Shown: positions 28,601 through 38,145 of the stretch, piece by piece
How positions within the stretch are numbered: position 1 is the stretch's first letter
How the letters are laid out: every line of letters begins with the position of its first letter
Sequence record: phage_1
Length of the DNA stretch: 64,000 nucleotides
Strand: one strand, 5' to 3'
Position numbers and translations under genes: made by a program
The notes under the pieces: generated by a model
Told to the model about the DNA's origin: nothing
Databases searched by the model: none
Seen by the model: only the letters and a program-made list of their open reading frames with translations

Positions 28601-29759
28601 TGCCCGTGAAAGTAATACCGTTCACCCCGCTAATGTACAGTTTGTTGTCATCCGGGTCAACGGTACCGCCGCCGGTACCAGGGTCTTGTTGATAGCCCAT
28701 GAGAGCGGTGGTGGTCAGCAACGTTGTTCCGTTAAGTGTCAGCTTATCCATCCCCAAGGCACTGCCGGTTGACTCAATACGTAACGTATTGATGCCTGCT
28801 TTCCACTCCATAAACCGGACGGTTCCAGTAGTGTCAGCATACCCACACGCCAGCACGACAGAGCCATTAGATTTAAGAGTGAATGCCTCAGCAGAGAACA
28901 CAATTTCGGATTCGCCAGCAGGAGAACGGAACAGGGCACGAGTACCAGATATCGTCGCGTTAAACACCCCTTTGGATTCTTTCGATACCCATTTAGAAAT
29001 GTACTTGTCGATATCCGATTGTTGCAGGCCCAGTGCACGGACCTCGCTGGTTAATTGACGCAACGTCTTTCCATACGCCAGGAAAGTATCTGGCGTTTTC
29101 AGGTTGACAGGATGCGCCCCGGCCTGCGCCGCGGTAGTCCCATGAGGGTTAGTGGACGCAATGTGTCCGGGGTAGTTAAATGTGGCGATTTCAGTTCCTA
29201 AGCCCAGAACCGTATCTTTCAGCTCGGTAAGCTTTTCACGAATCTGCTCGTTGGCCGCCCCGGCATCTAACTCCACATCATGCACTGCAGAGGCAACATA
29301 CTTTTTATTCAGCATGTCTGACCAAGCTACCGCTGCGGGGGTGGCTGGGTACAGGGAAGGTCGATTACCTAAAAGCAGCCAATCTGCAGCCGTTGGATTG
29401 TTGAGAGCCTTAATTAACTCATCCAACATCTCAATCAGACCACTGTAAAACGTACCCCCGAGCATCTGGCCTTCAAAGACCACTGCACCACGCAGTTTAG
29501 GGTTAATAAGATGCACCCCACAGAACACCGGGGTCGTCACCGAGTCGTCCAACGGCGTTAAAGCATACTCCAGCTCATAGTCCGTCCCGCGGGTAAGCGG
29601 TATGGTCGAGCCGGCGAGCATTACCACCAATCCTTCGAAAAATGGGCGATGATCTAGCATCACCACCCGATCGTTAGGATTGTCGGAGTCGATGATACGT
29701 TCCTCGATGAAGTGACACTCGGGATTTACACCCCGAGGATCGTAAGGATACGTTTTCAT
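25629..29759 (-). CDS. Giant tail fibre paralog (1376 aa)
   Basis: YPYDPRG N-term; HIASTNPHGTT; ATTSEPGV and ASQTVPGI repeats; LTKKDLGLDLADNTADVDKPLS. Confidence 0.7.
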   Translation of the reverse strand: MKTYPYDPRGVNPECHFIEERIIDSDNPNDRVVMLDHRPFFEGLVVMLAGSTIPLTRGTDYELEYALTPLDDSVTTPVFCGVHLINPKLRGAVVFEGQMLGGTFYSGLIEMLDELIKALNNPTAADWLLLGNRPSLYPATPAAVAWSDMLNKKYVASAVHDVELDAGAANEQIREKLTELKDTVLGLGTEIATFNYPGHIASTNPHGTTAAQAGAHPVNLKTPDTFLAYGKTLRQLTSEVRALGLQQSDIDKYISKWVSKESKGVFNATISGTRALFRSPAGESEIVFSAEAFTLKSNGSVVLACGYADTTGTVRFMEWKAGINTLRIESTGSALGMDKLTLNGTTLLTTTALMGYQQDPGTGGGTVDPDDNKLYISGVNGITFTGKGSKADPVTGKVTAKPATTSEPGVVTLTDKPSDVVKGQAATPASLLPYEGDLSSYVRKTTLLNNQPMDTGSRTLTKKDLGLDLADNTADVDKPLSDALAEAVTGLSDKGHHHNFADLQIPTASQTVPGIARYSTNLNGLSGNRGVTPNVLNDLSKRLDVVAAALANAKEDSVTDFAAVRGKTWTVGSARTTLAITDLNYFYLLNGARKEGTVSGSIDLQTTPMFQWFSPDNRMERTWQNAVINTGAGIDFSGFEVAVPETNYGAQIGLTTTGMGDLSVVNLLAKTWVRCDSGKLRIWVRGGGAVSVYLDGEIIGAGITEAGYLEATVKEGWKQHCLAFRAECNDSAKAAAIRFTIYDGDFAVGASDKNTKVARLQEFVKTPNGLRHYLYVNMITDALYSRAEPIVDTEGINLERGYIGHIDVPETGLVAGTTYEFETTFDFGMASELKRHFETRLAHGVSNADWSLTDNPKMLPLNKVDPLPKQWLYAYPNSPVSGNHYIRLDRGLFDYKFDSTISSLVFVGAVVSTESASPYCWFTPSNPKEKGMATFEGSVVVDVDLSEAQTVRDRDITLNFMAPSADDKSKTRVLRWSGNRPELNCGFITSPYNQATGGIISTTQGSVTNKVLENPRVIKNLTSQSTECLDFLSVHTDSELAPLGDRWLVRYRYIVDTQVLRISMVSKLIANPLVQVYEMEYDIPFDAIDYFKGGALAIHVSGIETGDNVTINHGLMQPIISDVDINRFHYLRSLFESYIERTPDRQSSGHEEMTVTTVPFASFGDNVDHPVTEYITMSAASEGYPELAPNGKLPAPFYKGLQKRGAPLLESAPADYTSNGGEWKYGFMRAYRPTQTERFVSVNGTMLSNYPGYIVVGSEKIPGNVIPFSASTTAVQISGTLARTKPMQPIHIVFVPPEGSVPPLQAKFTINGVGSSGNPMFVITETTPVELRTGGETILIEKRNPFHIPTRTWDWILQTLDTERRNEGNNSGEWAS

Positions 29760-29771
29760 TCAAAAATCTCC

Positions 29772-32700
29772 TTAATCACGAATAATAAGTGTTCGACCTG
29801 ACGTGTTTTTCGGATTGAACGTCATCATCTTGGATGGGTGCGCCGCCGGTGGAATTTTACCTGTATCCACTGGTCGGAACGAACTGTATGAATAGTTGCA
29901 CATCGCGCTGTTCATCTCATTAATCGTTGAACCTGCATCCACCACGCCAGTAAAGAATCTTGCGCGGTTTAAGCCGGAATAGTTAATCGCATAGTCAAGG
30001 AACGTGGCGTAATAACGATTCTTTGTCGGCATCGTGTTCAGGTTAGCGTAAGTCAAACGCGCTTCTGTGTCGGAACTAAACAAACCACCCACGCCGTGAT
30101 AAATCGGCGTACTCGGATCGGTAATCAGTTTCGTCAAGTCGATATAGTCAGGACGGAGACGGGTAGACAAATCCTCAGTCCACGACTCGCCGGTCGACTG
30201 CAAGGTGTATTTCAGCGTCTTTGTTGTCGCGGTTAGCGTCAGCTCAAAGTTGATCGTTTTGGAATCGATGTTAATCGTTCCCACGAACGAAATACCGTCC
30301 GCTGTTCGCGCGTGGCTGAAACGCACCGATGGATTAAGTGCCGTCCAGTCATGGCCGGAACCAGTGACGCCGTTCAAGCCAATAACAACCTGTGCAGCAC
30401 GTCCGTAGTTAACCGCGATTCCCGCATACGTGCTCACGCCGCCTGGAGTGGTAATACGCCCTGCGGTGCGTGCGACGAGTACAGAAATACGGTGCATGAA
30501 CGTGGCCGAGTGATGGCAACACCCAATTACCGTTTCTAGCACACTGTCCGCTGTTGCGGTTAAAGGTGTCCACGTCGCGGTAATGCCGTTATTCTGGAAC
30601 ATCGGGAATGTGTTGTGGACAAAACGATAATNGGTTACAGATAAACTGGTTGTTTTAAACGTCCATTTATCAGCAGCCGGATCGTAGTCCGCTTTCAACA
30701 TAGGCGTATAGCTGCTAGCCTGCGCGTAACGCCAATCGGCATCTATACGTTTTGTACCCGGTGCACCCGTGGACCACACAGGCCCGCCCGTACCGTAAGT
30801 AAATCCGAAATCAGCTTGCGTCATGCCCCGACGAATATGGGCGTTATCATCCTCGATATGCTCGCCTAATTCACGGAACTCACCTAAACGCGTCACGTTG
30901 CGGATTTCTACAAAAACCACACCGGTTTCACTGGTGACGATGGAACCTATTTTGGTCATCGTCTCAGTTTCTGCCGTGTTTGGATTTTCGTAGATAATGT
31001 ACTTGCCATCATNGCCCGCCGCGTCAACATACACGCCAAACTCGGCATCTTCGTGCGTCGCTGGGAATAGCTCAGCCAAGTTAAATGTGGAGAGAGGTAC
31101 TTTGTACTCGCGACCAACGAAATAATCGTTCGCTTTAATAGTAACCATCCAGTCGGTGTAAGTGATGCCGTTTTCAATGATATCCGTGCCGGGTAAACCG
31201 TAACGAATAATGTTGATTGAAGCACCAGAGTCGACTGTCTTCGCAACCTTCTCTATCTCTGTGATGGCGTCCGCCTGTCGGATGACCTCAGCGCCGTCTA
31301 ATGCCAGCGTGGCATCGTCAACCGCGGTGCCGAACTGTACTAAACCGAACTCCGTCGTTGTTGCACGCTTAATCCCGAGCGCATCAGGAGTGTGTGTGTG
31401 ACCGACGACTGCATACTTGTCCAGCTCAGCTCGTTGGAGCGGGGAAATCGGCAATTGCACATCTGGGATGTTCTGTACGTTCGATAAGCCGAAGTTAGTT
31501 TTATCGATGTAAATGGAACNCGTCAGCGGCATGTCGTTGATGTACGATTTAACGGCAACCAACTTGCCCGTAAACTGCTGATCCAATTTCTTGATGAGTG
31601 CCGGCGTTGCGGCCAAGTCCTCACGATCACCGAATTCAGTAGCCAACAAACGGACAGCCATCAGGCCAAGGTCATCGGACTCCGGTGGAACAAAAGTACA
31701 AATGAACGGAACAGACTGAATACCGTTACCGTTAATGGTTACAGTAGCTGTGGATGTTCCGTAAAACAGTCCATCACCACCCGACTCGTTACCCGGCAGG
31801 TACGGCCCGACCGTAGTAGGGTCCAACAGTTTCTTACCGTTGAACTCCAATCCACGGGAATCCGGATAAAGGATGAGTTGGTTAGCCCCACCTTGCCATG
31901 TAATCGGATTGTTCCCGGCGTTAACGGTTTGCGAATCGCGTCCAATAAAACGNATAACCCTCGGGTCAACCGTAAATTGTGCACCCACGCCTTCAGACTC
32001 ATCGGTACCCACTGCCGACGTTATTGAAGTCAGGCCAGGCTTCATGCCGAACGTGCCGTTGATAGACTGTGCAGCCGTCGGTAAACGTAAAAGCTTATTC
32101 GCCAGCGCTGACAGTTTCGGCAACAGATTGTTAACGTAATCTGTCAGCTGCGGTTGCGTTTTTCCGTATACCAGTGTCGCGTCCGAAGCAATACCGTTAT
32201 TCTCCAAAGCACGGATTGCGCCCCACGAATCGCGATGCGGGTTATCCTTGCGCGGCACGTGTGTGTGTGCCGGTGCATCACGGTACAGTTTATCGACAAT
32301 CTGGTGATATTTTACCAGCAGCTGGTACACGTCATTGTTAACGTCAGGTGACGGTGCGCCTGGTAATGAACGAATCTGGACGTAATCGTTCTCACCCGCC
32401 CACCAGTTTAGGTTGACGCCCGATTTAAACTTCAACCATTTAGCGACATCAGTTTTCTGATACCCTGGTGCAAATTCGCTCGGCGGGTTGTCAACGTTAA
32501 AGCTGTAGTTAACGGTTTGCTTGCTTGTTTTAACGGTGATGTCGTAAATGCCGTTACCTTCGCGTCTGACCACGCTAAACTCAACCTCACCCGCCAACTC
32601 GGCATCGGTCAGGCCAGTCGTCAACGTATAGCTGTAATTAGACGAACCGGAACCAATCGCTGTCGTTAAGGTAAGATAAATCGCGCGTTGCTTCAACTGA

Positions 32701-33485
32701 AGACGCAGGATACTTGCCCCACCGTTTGCGTAACAGAGCATCCAATCGATCAACTCGCCTGGATTCAACGTTGTTTCCGGTGGAATGCTCGGTAAACGGT
32801 ATTTTACCGCTAACGAATACGCACCGAACGTCGTGTTCTGGTAAGATAACGAATAACGACGACGCGACGCGTTATACGTGTAGCCGCCAGTACCGTCGTA
32901 CGTCGCATACTGCTCGGATGTGATAAGCGTGACACCGGCGCGATATTGAAGGTCTAACGTGTTACGAGCAATCGGGTCAACGCGACTGATCGCTTCACCG
33001 AGCTTAGCACCAACCGCAACAATGGCTTCCATCAACTCGGATTCGCCACGCCAGTTTTCCCAGTCGAACTTAATATCGACCGGTGGGAAATATAAGTCCC
33101 CAATGACGTTATCCCATTGGCAGTCTACGGGATAGCGATCTTTATTCGCTTCTCGTTCTGCGGCGATCATTTCTGCAGTGGCTTCACCGATGCCAATTGC
33201 GTGGTAATCGAGTGTAAAGCCACTCTGATATTTCGGGTTGGTAATCCACACGCCGCCGTGACAAACATGGCCAGTGCGTGCCATGCCCGTAACGTACGCA
33301 TGGGTGATGACGTAATCATCACCTAATGTTAATTTCTTGCCGCCACTCTTGACCACCAGGGATGTGGTATAAAAGGGGGCGTGTGCGGGGAACAGCATCC
33401 GGTACTTAGTACCGATCGGCGTTACCGCTTCACCGGTCTGCATATTCCCCGGTTCTTGATAGTGCGGGTCAGGGACGACAGCCAT
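29772..33485 (-). CDS. Giant tail fibre paralog (1237 aa)
   Basis: HVPRKDNPH; IDKTNFGLSNVQN..D..LPIS; ATTTEFGLVQF; module shared with 20350..25533. Confidence 0.7.
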   Translation of the reverse strand: MAVVPDPHYQEPGNMQTGEAVTPIGTKYRMLFPAHAPFYTTSLVVKSGGKKLTLGDDYVITHAYVTGMARTGHVCHGGVWITNPKYQSGFTLDYHAIGIGEATAEMIAAEREANKDRYPVDCQWDNVIGDLYFPPVDIKFDWENWRGESELMEAIVAVGAKLGEAISRVDPIARNTLDLQYRAGVTLITSEQYATYDGTGGYTYNASRRRYSLSYQNTTFGAYSLAVKYRLPSIPPETTLNPGELIDWMLCYANGGASILRLQLKQRAIYLTLTTAIGSGSSNYSYTLTTGLTDAELAGEVEFSVVRREGNGIYDITVKTSKQTVNYSFNVDNPPSEFAPGYQKTDVAKWLKFKSGVNLNWWAGENDYVQIRSLPGAPSPDVNNDVYQLLVKYHQIVDKLYRDAPAHTHVPRKDNPHRDSWGAIRALENNGIASDATLVYGKTQPQLTDYVNNLLPKLSALANKLLRLPTAAQSINGTFGMKPGLTSITSAVGTDESEGVGAQFTVDPRVXRFIGRDSQTVNAGNNPITWQGGANQLILYPDSRGLEFNGKKLLDPTTVGPYLPGNESGGDGLFYGTSTATVTINGNGIQSVPFICTFVPPESDDLGLMAVRLLATEFGDREDLAATPALIKKLDQQFTGKLVAVKSYINDMPLTXSIYIDKTNFGLSNVQNIPDVQLPISPLQRAELDKYAVVGHTHTPDALGIKRATTTEFGLVQFGTAVDDATLALDGAEVIRQADAITEIEKVAKTVDSGASINIIRYGLPGTDIIENGITYTDWMVTIKANDYFVGREYKVPLSTFNLAELFPATHEDAEFGVYVDAAGXDGKYIIYENPNTAETETMTKIGSIVTSETGVVFVEIRNVTRLGEFRELGEHIEDDNAHIRRGMTQADFGFTYGTGGPVWSTGAPGTKRIDADWRYAQASSYTPMLKADYDPAADKWTFKTTSLSVTXYRFVHNTFPMFQNNGITATWTPLTATADSVLETVIGCCHHSATFMHRISVLVARTAGRITTPGGVSTYAGIAVNYGRAAQVVIGLNGVTGSGHDWTALNPSVRFSHARTADGISFVGTINIDSKTINFELTLTATTKTLKYTLQSTGESWTEDLSTRLRPDYIDLTKLITDPSTPIYHGVGGLFSSDTEARLTYANLNTMPTKNRYYATFLDYAINYSGLNRARFFTGVVDAGSTINEMNSAMCNYSYSSFRPVDTGKIPPAAHPSKMMTFNPKNTSGRTLIIRD

Positions 33486-33516
33486 TTTACACTCCTTTTC
33501 TCTGAGGGCGTCGAGT

Positions 33517-33527
33517 TCATACTATGA
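33517..33527. promoter_or_regulatory. Candidate back-to-back late promoters
   Basis: TCATACTATGA near-palindrome gives TATG on both strands between divergent structural genes. Confidence 0.5.
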
Positions 33528-33552
33528 CCCGAATCCTTAGAGGAAACAGCCA

Positions 33553-34815
33553 ATGACTACTGCTTATCAAGTGCGGGCCGACAGCGCTTTTGGCTTCTCT
33601 CGAGACACCCGAACTTGGGGAACCATCGATGTCACGCAGCCCTTAAATACCCTTTGTGCTAACTACCACTTTTTCGAAGTAGGACTAGAAGCACTAGGTG
33701 CTGAATACACCTTCTATAGCCAGTATCACCTGGCTGATTTACAAAACCGTACGGACACGTTGCAAGATTGGTTAAACACCAANNCAGGAACCCCGATTCC
33801 CACGCTTGGGAAGGGCCTNCCGAANCTCNAATTNNTTGNGGCANATTACCAGTCTATTAATGCAGATGTGCCCGTAGAAACGCACCTGTGCCCTCCTGGG
33901 TACCACTACACTCAGGACTTCAATCCTGATGATGCACACGACGTTGTTGTAGTCTGCGACGATGAGTGGAAAGAGAAATACCGTACTGGGGTACTGTACA
34001 ACATCAACGGTCAATGGGTACCGCACCAATCTGACCCAGTGGGTGTTCGCTTAACCGGCGCTGGTAACATCGTGCGGAGAGCCAACACACCCNACANCGG
34101 CNGTCTAGTGATGGCGAATATTGGTAAAGTGAAGACTTACCCCATATCCGGTTTAACGATGAACAAACTCGATACTACGCGAGATTACTATTCTTCGTTA
34201 ATGTTGACCTTACCCGATTCCATTACAGGGAAAACCGTTGGGTTCGTCATCGGGGGTATTCTGCATTGGTTGCCACCGCAGGGCTATTTCAGCGACCGTG
34301 CGATTATGCTGAGTCTGCCAAACCTTAGCGTGGCGAAGATTGTATTGGAAACCCGTCGCTATTACGATTGGGACGCCATCGGTGTAGGTGATTTAAGTAC
34401 GCCTACGTCCGTTCAACGTATTCGTAACTCAGAAACGTTAAAAGCGTTGCTGACGCACGAATCCTCGTTTATCTTTACGATAGACAACCCGTATCTCGAA
34501 AAAGAGATTCACGGAATAAGCCACAACGCTATCTGGGGCCGGTTCTATTTAAAAGACCCGACTGACCCAGATGGGAAGAAGACGCTAGGTCCTATCTTTA
34601 ACCGTATTGGTAAATGTGTAGGGTACTGGCCGACCTGGGAAGAAGGGGAGTGGGTCTTTAATACCACATTCTTCGACCGGGAAAACTTTTTNTTGGGGAA
34701 CGCACGTTGGTNTAACCAGAATTTGGNAAANGACNCNCAGGNAATNGNNGGGCCTTTCGGGGNTTGGGGTAAGCCGTTTNTTGAAATGCATCGCTACAAA
34801 GNAAGAAAAAAATAA
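33553..34815 (+). CDS. Probable virion (baseplate) structural protein
   Basis: 420-aa clean ORF divergent from the tail operon; function from context only. Confidence 0.5.
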   Translation: MTTAYQVRADSAFGFSRDTRTWGTIDVTQPLNTLCANYHFFEVGLEALGAEYTFYSQYHLADLQNRTDTLQDWLNTXXGTPIPTLGKGXPXLXXXXAXYQSINADVPVETHLCPPGYHYTQDFNPDDAHDVVVVCDDEWKEKYRTGVLYNINGQWVPHQSDPVGVRLTGAGNIVRRANTPXXGXLVMANIGKVKTYPISGLTMNKLDTTRDYYSSLMLTLPDSITGKTVGFVIGGILHWLPPQGYFSDRAIMLSLPNLSVAKIVLETRRYYDWDAIGVGDLSTPTSVQRIRNSETLKALLTHESSFIFTIDNPYLEKEIHGISHNAIWGRFYLKDPTDPDGKKTLGPIFNRIGKCVGYWPTWEEGEWVFNTTFFDRENFXLGNARWXNQNLXXDXQXXXGPFGXWGKPFXEMHRYKXRKK

Positions 34816-34865
34816 AAGGTAAACCCTACTCCCAATGGGAGNAGGGNACCTATATNTTTTTTTTG
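34806..34865. terminator. Bidirectional terminator (family copy 3)
   Basis: AATAAAAG..CCCTACTCCC-AAT-GGGAGnAGGG then T-run; convergent genes. Confidence 0.7.
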
Positions 34866-34877
34866 CCNGNNGGCCGA

Positions 34878-35087
34878 TTACGCGTTTACNTAATANATGG
34901 CGTTGCCGAACATTTTGTTGTTGCCGCCACAAGCGGTAACTTTAAATGCTACGCCGCCTTCAGCTTCGGCTTTCTTAGCCAGCGCTTCGGTAACTTCGGT
35001 AACGGTGCTCAGTCCAGAAACCTGAACGGTGCCTGCTTCTACCAGACCAGAAACGTCGCTGCCTGCGGTGATTTCACGAATGCTCAT
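34878..35087 (-). CDS. DUF1471 (YdgH/BhsA/McbA-like) small protein lacking a signal peptide
   Basis: GTVQVSG...EALAKKAEAEGGVAFKVT..GNNKMFGNA.Y matches the BhsA-type pattern; GGAG SD; in-frame TAA directly before ATG. Confidence 0.65.
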   Translation of the reverse strand: MSIREITAGSDVSGLVEAGTVQVSGLSTVTEVTEALAKKAEAEGGVAFKVTACGGNNKMFGNAXYXVNA

Positions 35088-35295
35088 TTACTTATCTCCA
35101 TTAACAAATGATAGCAGAAGAACCCTATGTTCAACTACTTGTACTTCGAGGCATATTAACTGCCCCGTCTCGTAAATTAGTTGACAATAAACCGGCTTTT
35201 GTGCGAAAAAAGTGGCTAACCGTGTACAAGCGATTTGGGTTATCGTTNCAGTTAGGNGGTTTATTGTCACAATATACAGCTCACACGTAATTAAA

Positions 35296-36228
35296 TTAGT
35301 GCGGTGTGCTAGTGTCGTTGCCCGGACCATGGCCAGTATGCAAGTGAAGACTAAAGGTAATGCCGCCGATAACCGATTCGGTAACTGTGAATGTACCCTT
35401 ACCTTCACCCTTGCCATTATAGAGGAAATCCTTACCTACTTCCAGGTTGCCGGTAAATAGATTCGTTGGACAATCGGTCTTCCAGTCTTCAGTCGTCCAT
35501 GCCATGTTTTTCGACGCTGTAGAGTTGCGAGTTTCGCACTTCTCGTTAATCGTTTTTGTCTCGAGATTAATAGAACGTTTAGCATAAATGAAAGCGTCCT
35601 CTTTATTGATATTAACCTTCGATCGGCAGGCGTTTTCAAACCCTAAGTCATCCTCTGGGGAGTTAAGGTAGAACTTACGCCCTTCGTCATCTACTAACTG
35701 GAAAAACCCATCGCGTGTGTTCAATTGAAATAGATACGCATTTTTCTCACCGTTAGTCATACTGGTACGTAAAGTAACGTGACCATCCATCGGGGAGATA
35801 TTCAGTACGTAGGCGTTAGAGAGGTCATCGGCCATCTGGTTTACTGGGTCAGCAGACCAGGCGTATACCCCATCTTCCAGTCGCTTAACGTTACTGTTGT
35901 TTAAATCTTCCCAGAAGTACATATCAGTTTCACCGATACGCCAGATTCTTACGTAGTCTTCTTTTTTCACATCCGGAGGGTTAACCCGGTTGCTGTTGGA
36001 CTTCATCCATTTTGCAGTGATGGCATTACCTTGCTTTACAGTAAGGTTGTCAGTACCACTTAAACTGTTGTGTTGCTTCTCTACAGGTGTCTCTGTTGCA
36101 TCGACAGCTGTAGGATTAATAAAGTTAACTTCGATAGGGATGACTTTAACTCGAGTGGCACCACGAGGTTTATCTTCCGCGACGATACCTATCGAGAAGA
36201 TGTGCAACCCTGACTTAGATTTATTCAT
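35296..36228 (-). CDS. Baseplate central spike (gpV/gp138/phiKZ gp164-like)
   Basis: OB-like N-term, beta-helix-like repeats, C-terminal GGITFSLHLHTGHGPG (HxH iron-binding apex). Confidence 0.8.
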   Translation of the reverse strand: MNKSKSGLHIFSIGIVAEDKPRGATRVKVIPIEVNFINPTAVDATETPVEKQHNSLSGTDNLTVKQGNAITAKWMKSNSNRVNPPDVKKEDYVRIWRIGETDMYFWEDLNNSNVKRLEDGVYAWSADPVNQMADDLSNAYVLNISPMDGHVTLRTSMTNGEKNAYLFQLNTRDGFFQLVDDEGRKFYLNSPEDDLGFENACRSKVNINKEDAFIYAKRSINLETKTINEKCETRNSTASKNMAWTTEDWKTDCPTNLFTGNLEVGKDFLYNGKGEGKGTFTVTESVIGGITFSLHLHTGHGPGNDTSTPH

Positions 36229-36241
36229 ACCACCCTCCTCT

Positions 36242-36248
36242 CATACTA
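36242..36248 (-). promoter_or_regulatory. Candidate late promoter (TAGTATG)
   Basis: Immediately upstream of the spike gene SD. Confidence 0.4.
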
Positions 36249-36408
36249 CACTTTTTTACGTTTCGATCTCATCGTTTGACAATCGAGGAGTGTACGGGGG
36301 TAAGGGGGTTTATGTATTGGATGCGAACATAAACGGAGGTATCCGTAGGATACCGACATCCTTTTTGTAGTTGACCTTGACTTTTAACCTAACGAGGAGT
36401 GCAGTACC

Positions 36409-36726
36409 ATGTCTTTATTTCAAACCATTAAAAGTGCATTAGAGCGTAATGATGCAGACAGTGCCTTTACTGCGTTACAGAAAGCCAGTAACGGGAAGCT
36501 AGACAGCGTCTTTGCTAACAATCAAAGAATGCGCTTTTACAAAGTGGGGGAAGTAGACCAGTTCTACGACGAACTGTTTACGGGGGTAGTGCAAAGCGCG
36601 GTATACGCCATGCCGACTGAACAATTAAGTCAGTTTGAAAAAGGGATGCGTTACCAGCGGTTAAGTAACGACTACGCATTACTGAATCTGGCTATCGATG
36701 ACTGCGTCGTGCTGGTCGTATACTAA
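36409..36726 (+). CDS. Hypothetical protein
   Basis: GAGGAG SD, 105-aa ORF. Confidence 0.55.
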   Translation: MSLFQTIKSALERNDADSAFTALQKASNGKLDSVFANNQRMRFYKVGEVDQFYDELFTGVVQSAVYAMPTEQLSQFEKGMRYQRLSNDYALLNLAIDDCVVLVVY

Positions 36727-36756
36727 GTTTTTACAGATAGATGTCATCTTAGTGAG
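36725..36756 (+). promoter_or_regulatory. Candidate phage early promoter
   Basis: AAGTTTTTACAGATAGATGTCAT..GTGAG; motif repeated five times in intergenic positions. Confidence 0.55.
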
Positions 36757-36846
36757 CATTGTGTATAAACCCACAGTCGCTTAAACACCAACTGTTCTTT
36801 AGTAACAGTTTTTGGTCGCTTTAGTGTACTTTAAAGGAAATACCAA

Positions 36847-38085
36847 ATGTATAACGAATACGAATTAGTTTACCAGACACCGAAAGAAGCATTCTTTAAT
36901 GCAGTAATTACTAACTCAATTGTACTGTTGGGAATGCAGTTCAGTATTCGGAGTATGGCTTACAGCGACGTAACGTGGCAGGATTGTGCGTACCTGCCAC
37001 AAAAGCTCTCAACCGTTGTCGAAAAGCGGCTGCTTGACAAAGGGGAAGTAAAGTGCCGTTTAGGCCACCACGTCTCTGACTTTGAGCCGTGGGTTGAGTT
37101 AACCATGACATTCGAAGGGGATTCGCGGGTAGCTTACCTATCGGGTAATCAAAACATCGGACGCGCCATTGCTGAGGGTAACACAATGTGGGTGCACTAC
37201 ATTCTTACTCTGCTGACCGGTAAACCGGTGTTCGAGTTAACACCTGACATGCCCGCACTAAGCGATAGCAACTGGTGGACTGGCGGAGAGCTGAATACAG
37301 GGTTTAATGAGAAATTACAAAACTTTAATTCAGAGCGACTCGATGTTGATGCGGAAGTGTTAGTGCAGCAGTTCCCCGAATTCACTGCGTACCAAATTAC
37401 TACCGTATGGAATAGAGCGGTAAGCAAGCGCAGATTCTACACGAAAAACGCACCGCGTGAAGCAGCCAAACCTGTGGAAATTGACGAAGACACCAAAGAA
37501 GCACTGCGTGATCTAGTCACCATAGCCAATGATAGCAATATGATGTTCTGGACATCTGATGAAAACGCTAACCATTATTTCGGTGAGATGTTAGACGCCG
37601 ATGTTTGGTCAGTAATGCCGATAGCAGAGCCCGGAAACCTTAAAGATTACCATAAGGTCGAAAAAGGCGATGTGGTTAATGAGAAGGTCGTCACCCTTCT
37701 TAACGTTTTCCGCGAAGTTATCCAGTCAGAAATACTGTTAAGCATCTATAAACGCAAGACCCCGGCCAGTGAAAATGACACGGCGTGGGTATTTGACTGT
37801 CGACCGACAAATACAATATCGCCTGCGTTCTGGATACAGGTGACAGGAAAGCTGCAGCGTGTGAACAGTTCCGTTGTTTCTCGCCTGCCAGATTCTGAAA
37901 NGCGCTCCGTTGCCGAACCTGCTTATTTGNTGTCGGNGAAGGNGGTANGGGATGCGTGGGGTACCAACGAACTGAAACAGTGGCATTACGATGCCATCAT
38001 CAAATGGGGTGTTAACAATGGCTGGAAAGAAGTGACTAAGTACGGCCGTCAACTATTGTTTGTCGCTGATTTGCGTTTACTGTAA
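36847..38085 (+). CDS. Hypothetical protein (412 aa)
   Basis: Long ORF with SD; no motif recognised. Confidence 0.6.
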   Translation: MYNEYELVYQTPKEAFFNAVITNSIVLLGMQFSIRSMAYSDVTWQDCAYLPQKLSTVVEKRLLDKGEVKCRLGHHVSDFEPWVELTMTFEGDSRVAYLSGNQNIGRAIAEGNTMWVHYILTLLTGKPVFELTPDMPALSDSNWWTGGELNTGFNEKLQNFNSERLDVDAEVLVQQFPEFTAYQITTVWNRAVSKRRFYTKNAPREAAKPVEIDEDTKEALRDLVTIANDSNMMFWTSDENANHYFGEMLDADVWSVMPIAEPGNLKDYHKVEKGDVVNEKVVTLLNVFREVIQSEILLSIYKRKTPASENDTAWVFDCRPTNTISPAFWIQVTGKLQRVNSSVVSRLPDSEXRSVAEPAYLXSXKXVXDAWGTNELKQWHYDAIIKWGVNNGWKEVTKYGRQLLFVADLRLL

Positions 38086-38145
38086 TCTCGTCATCGGGGG
38101 TCTTGTACCCCCTTCTTATTTTTTAACCGTAAAGAGTATTTAACC

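Noticed and set aside
223-33326. Many 60-185 aa ORFs nested in or antisense to the large structural genes
   Set aside because: Typical shadow ORFs; no SDs, motifs or coherent composition
35088-35460. ORFs 35088..35417, 35108..35290 and 35212..35460 next to the spike gene as a PAAR-like tip
   Set aside because: No PAAR motif, no convincing SD, overlap with the spike 3' end; probably spurious
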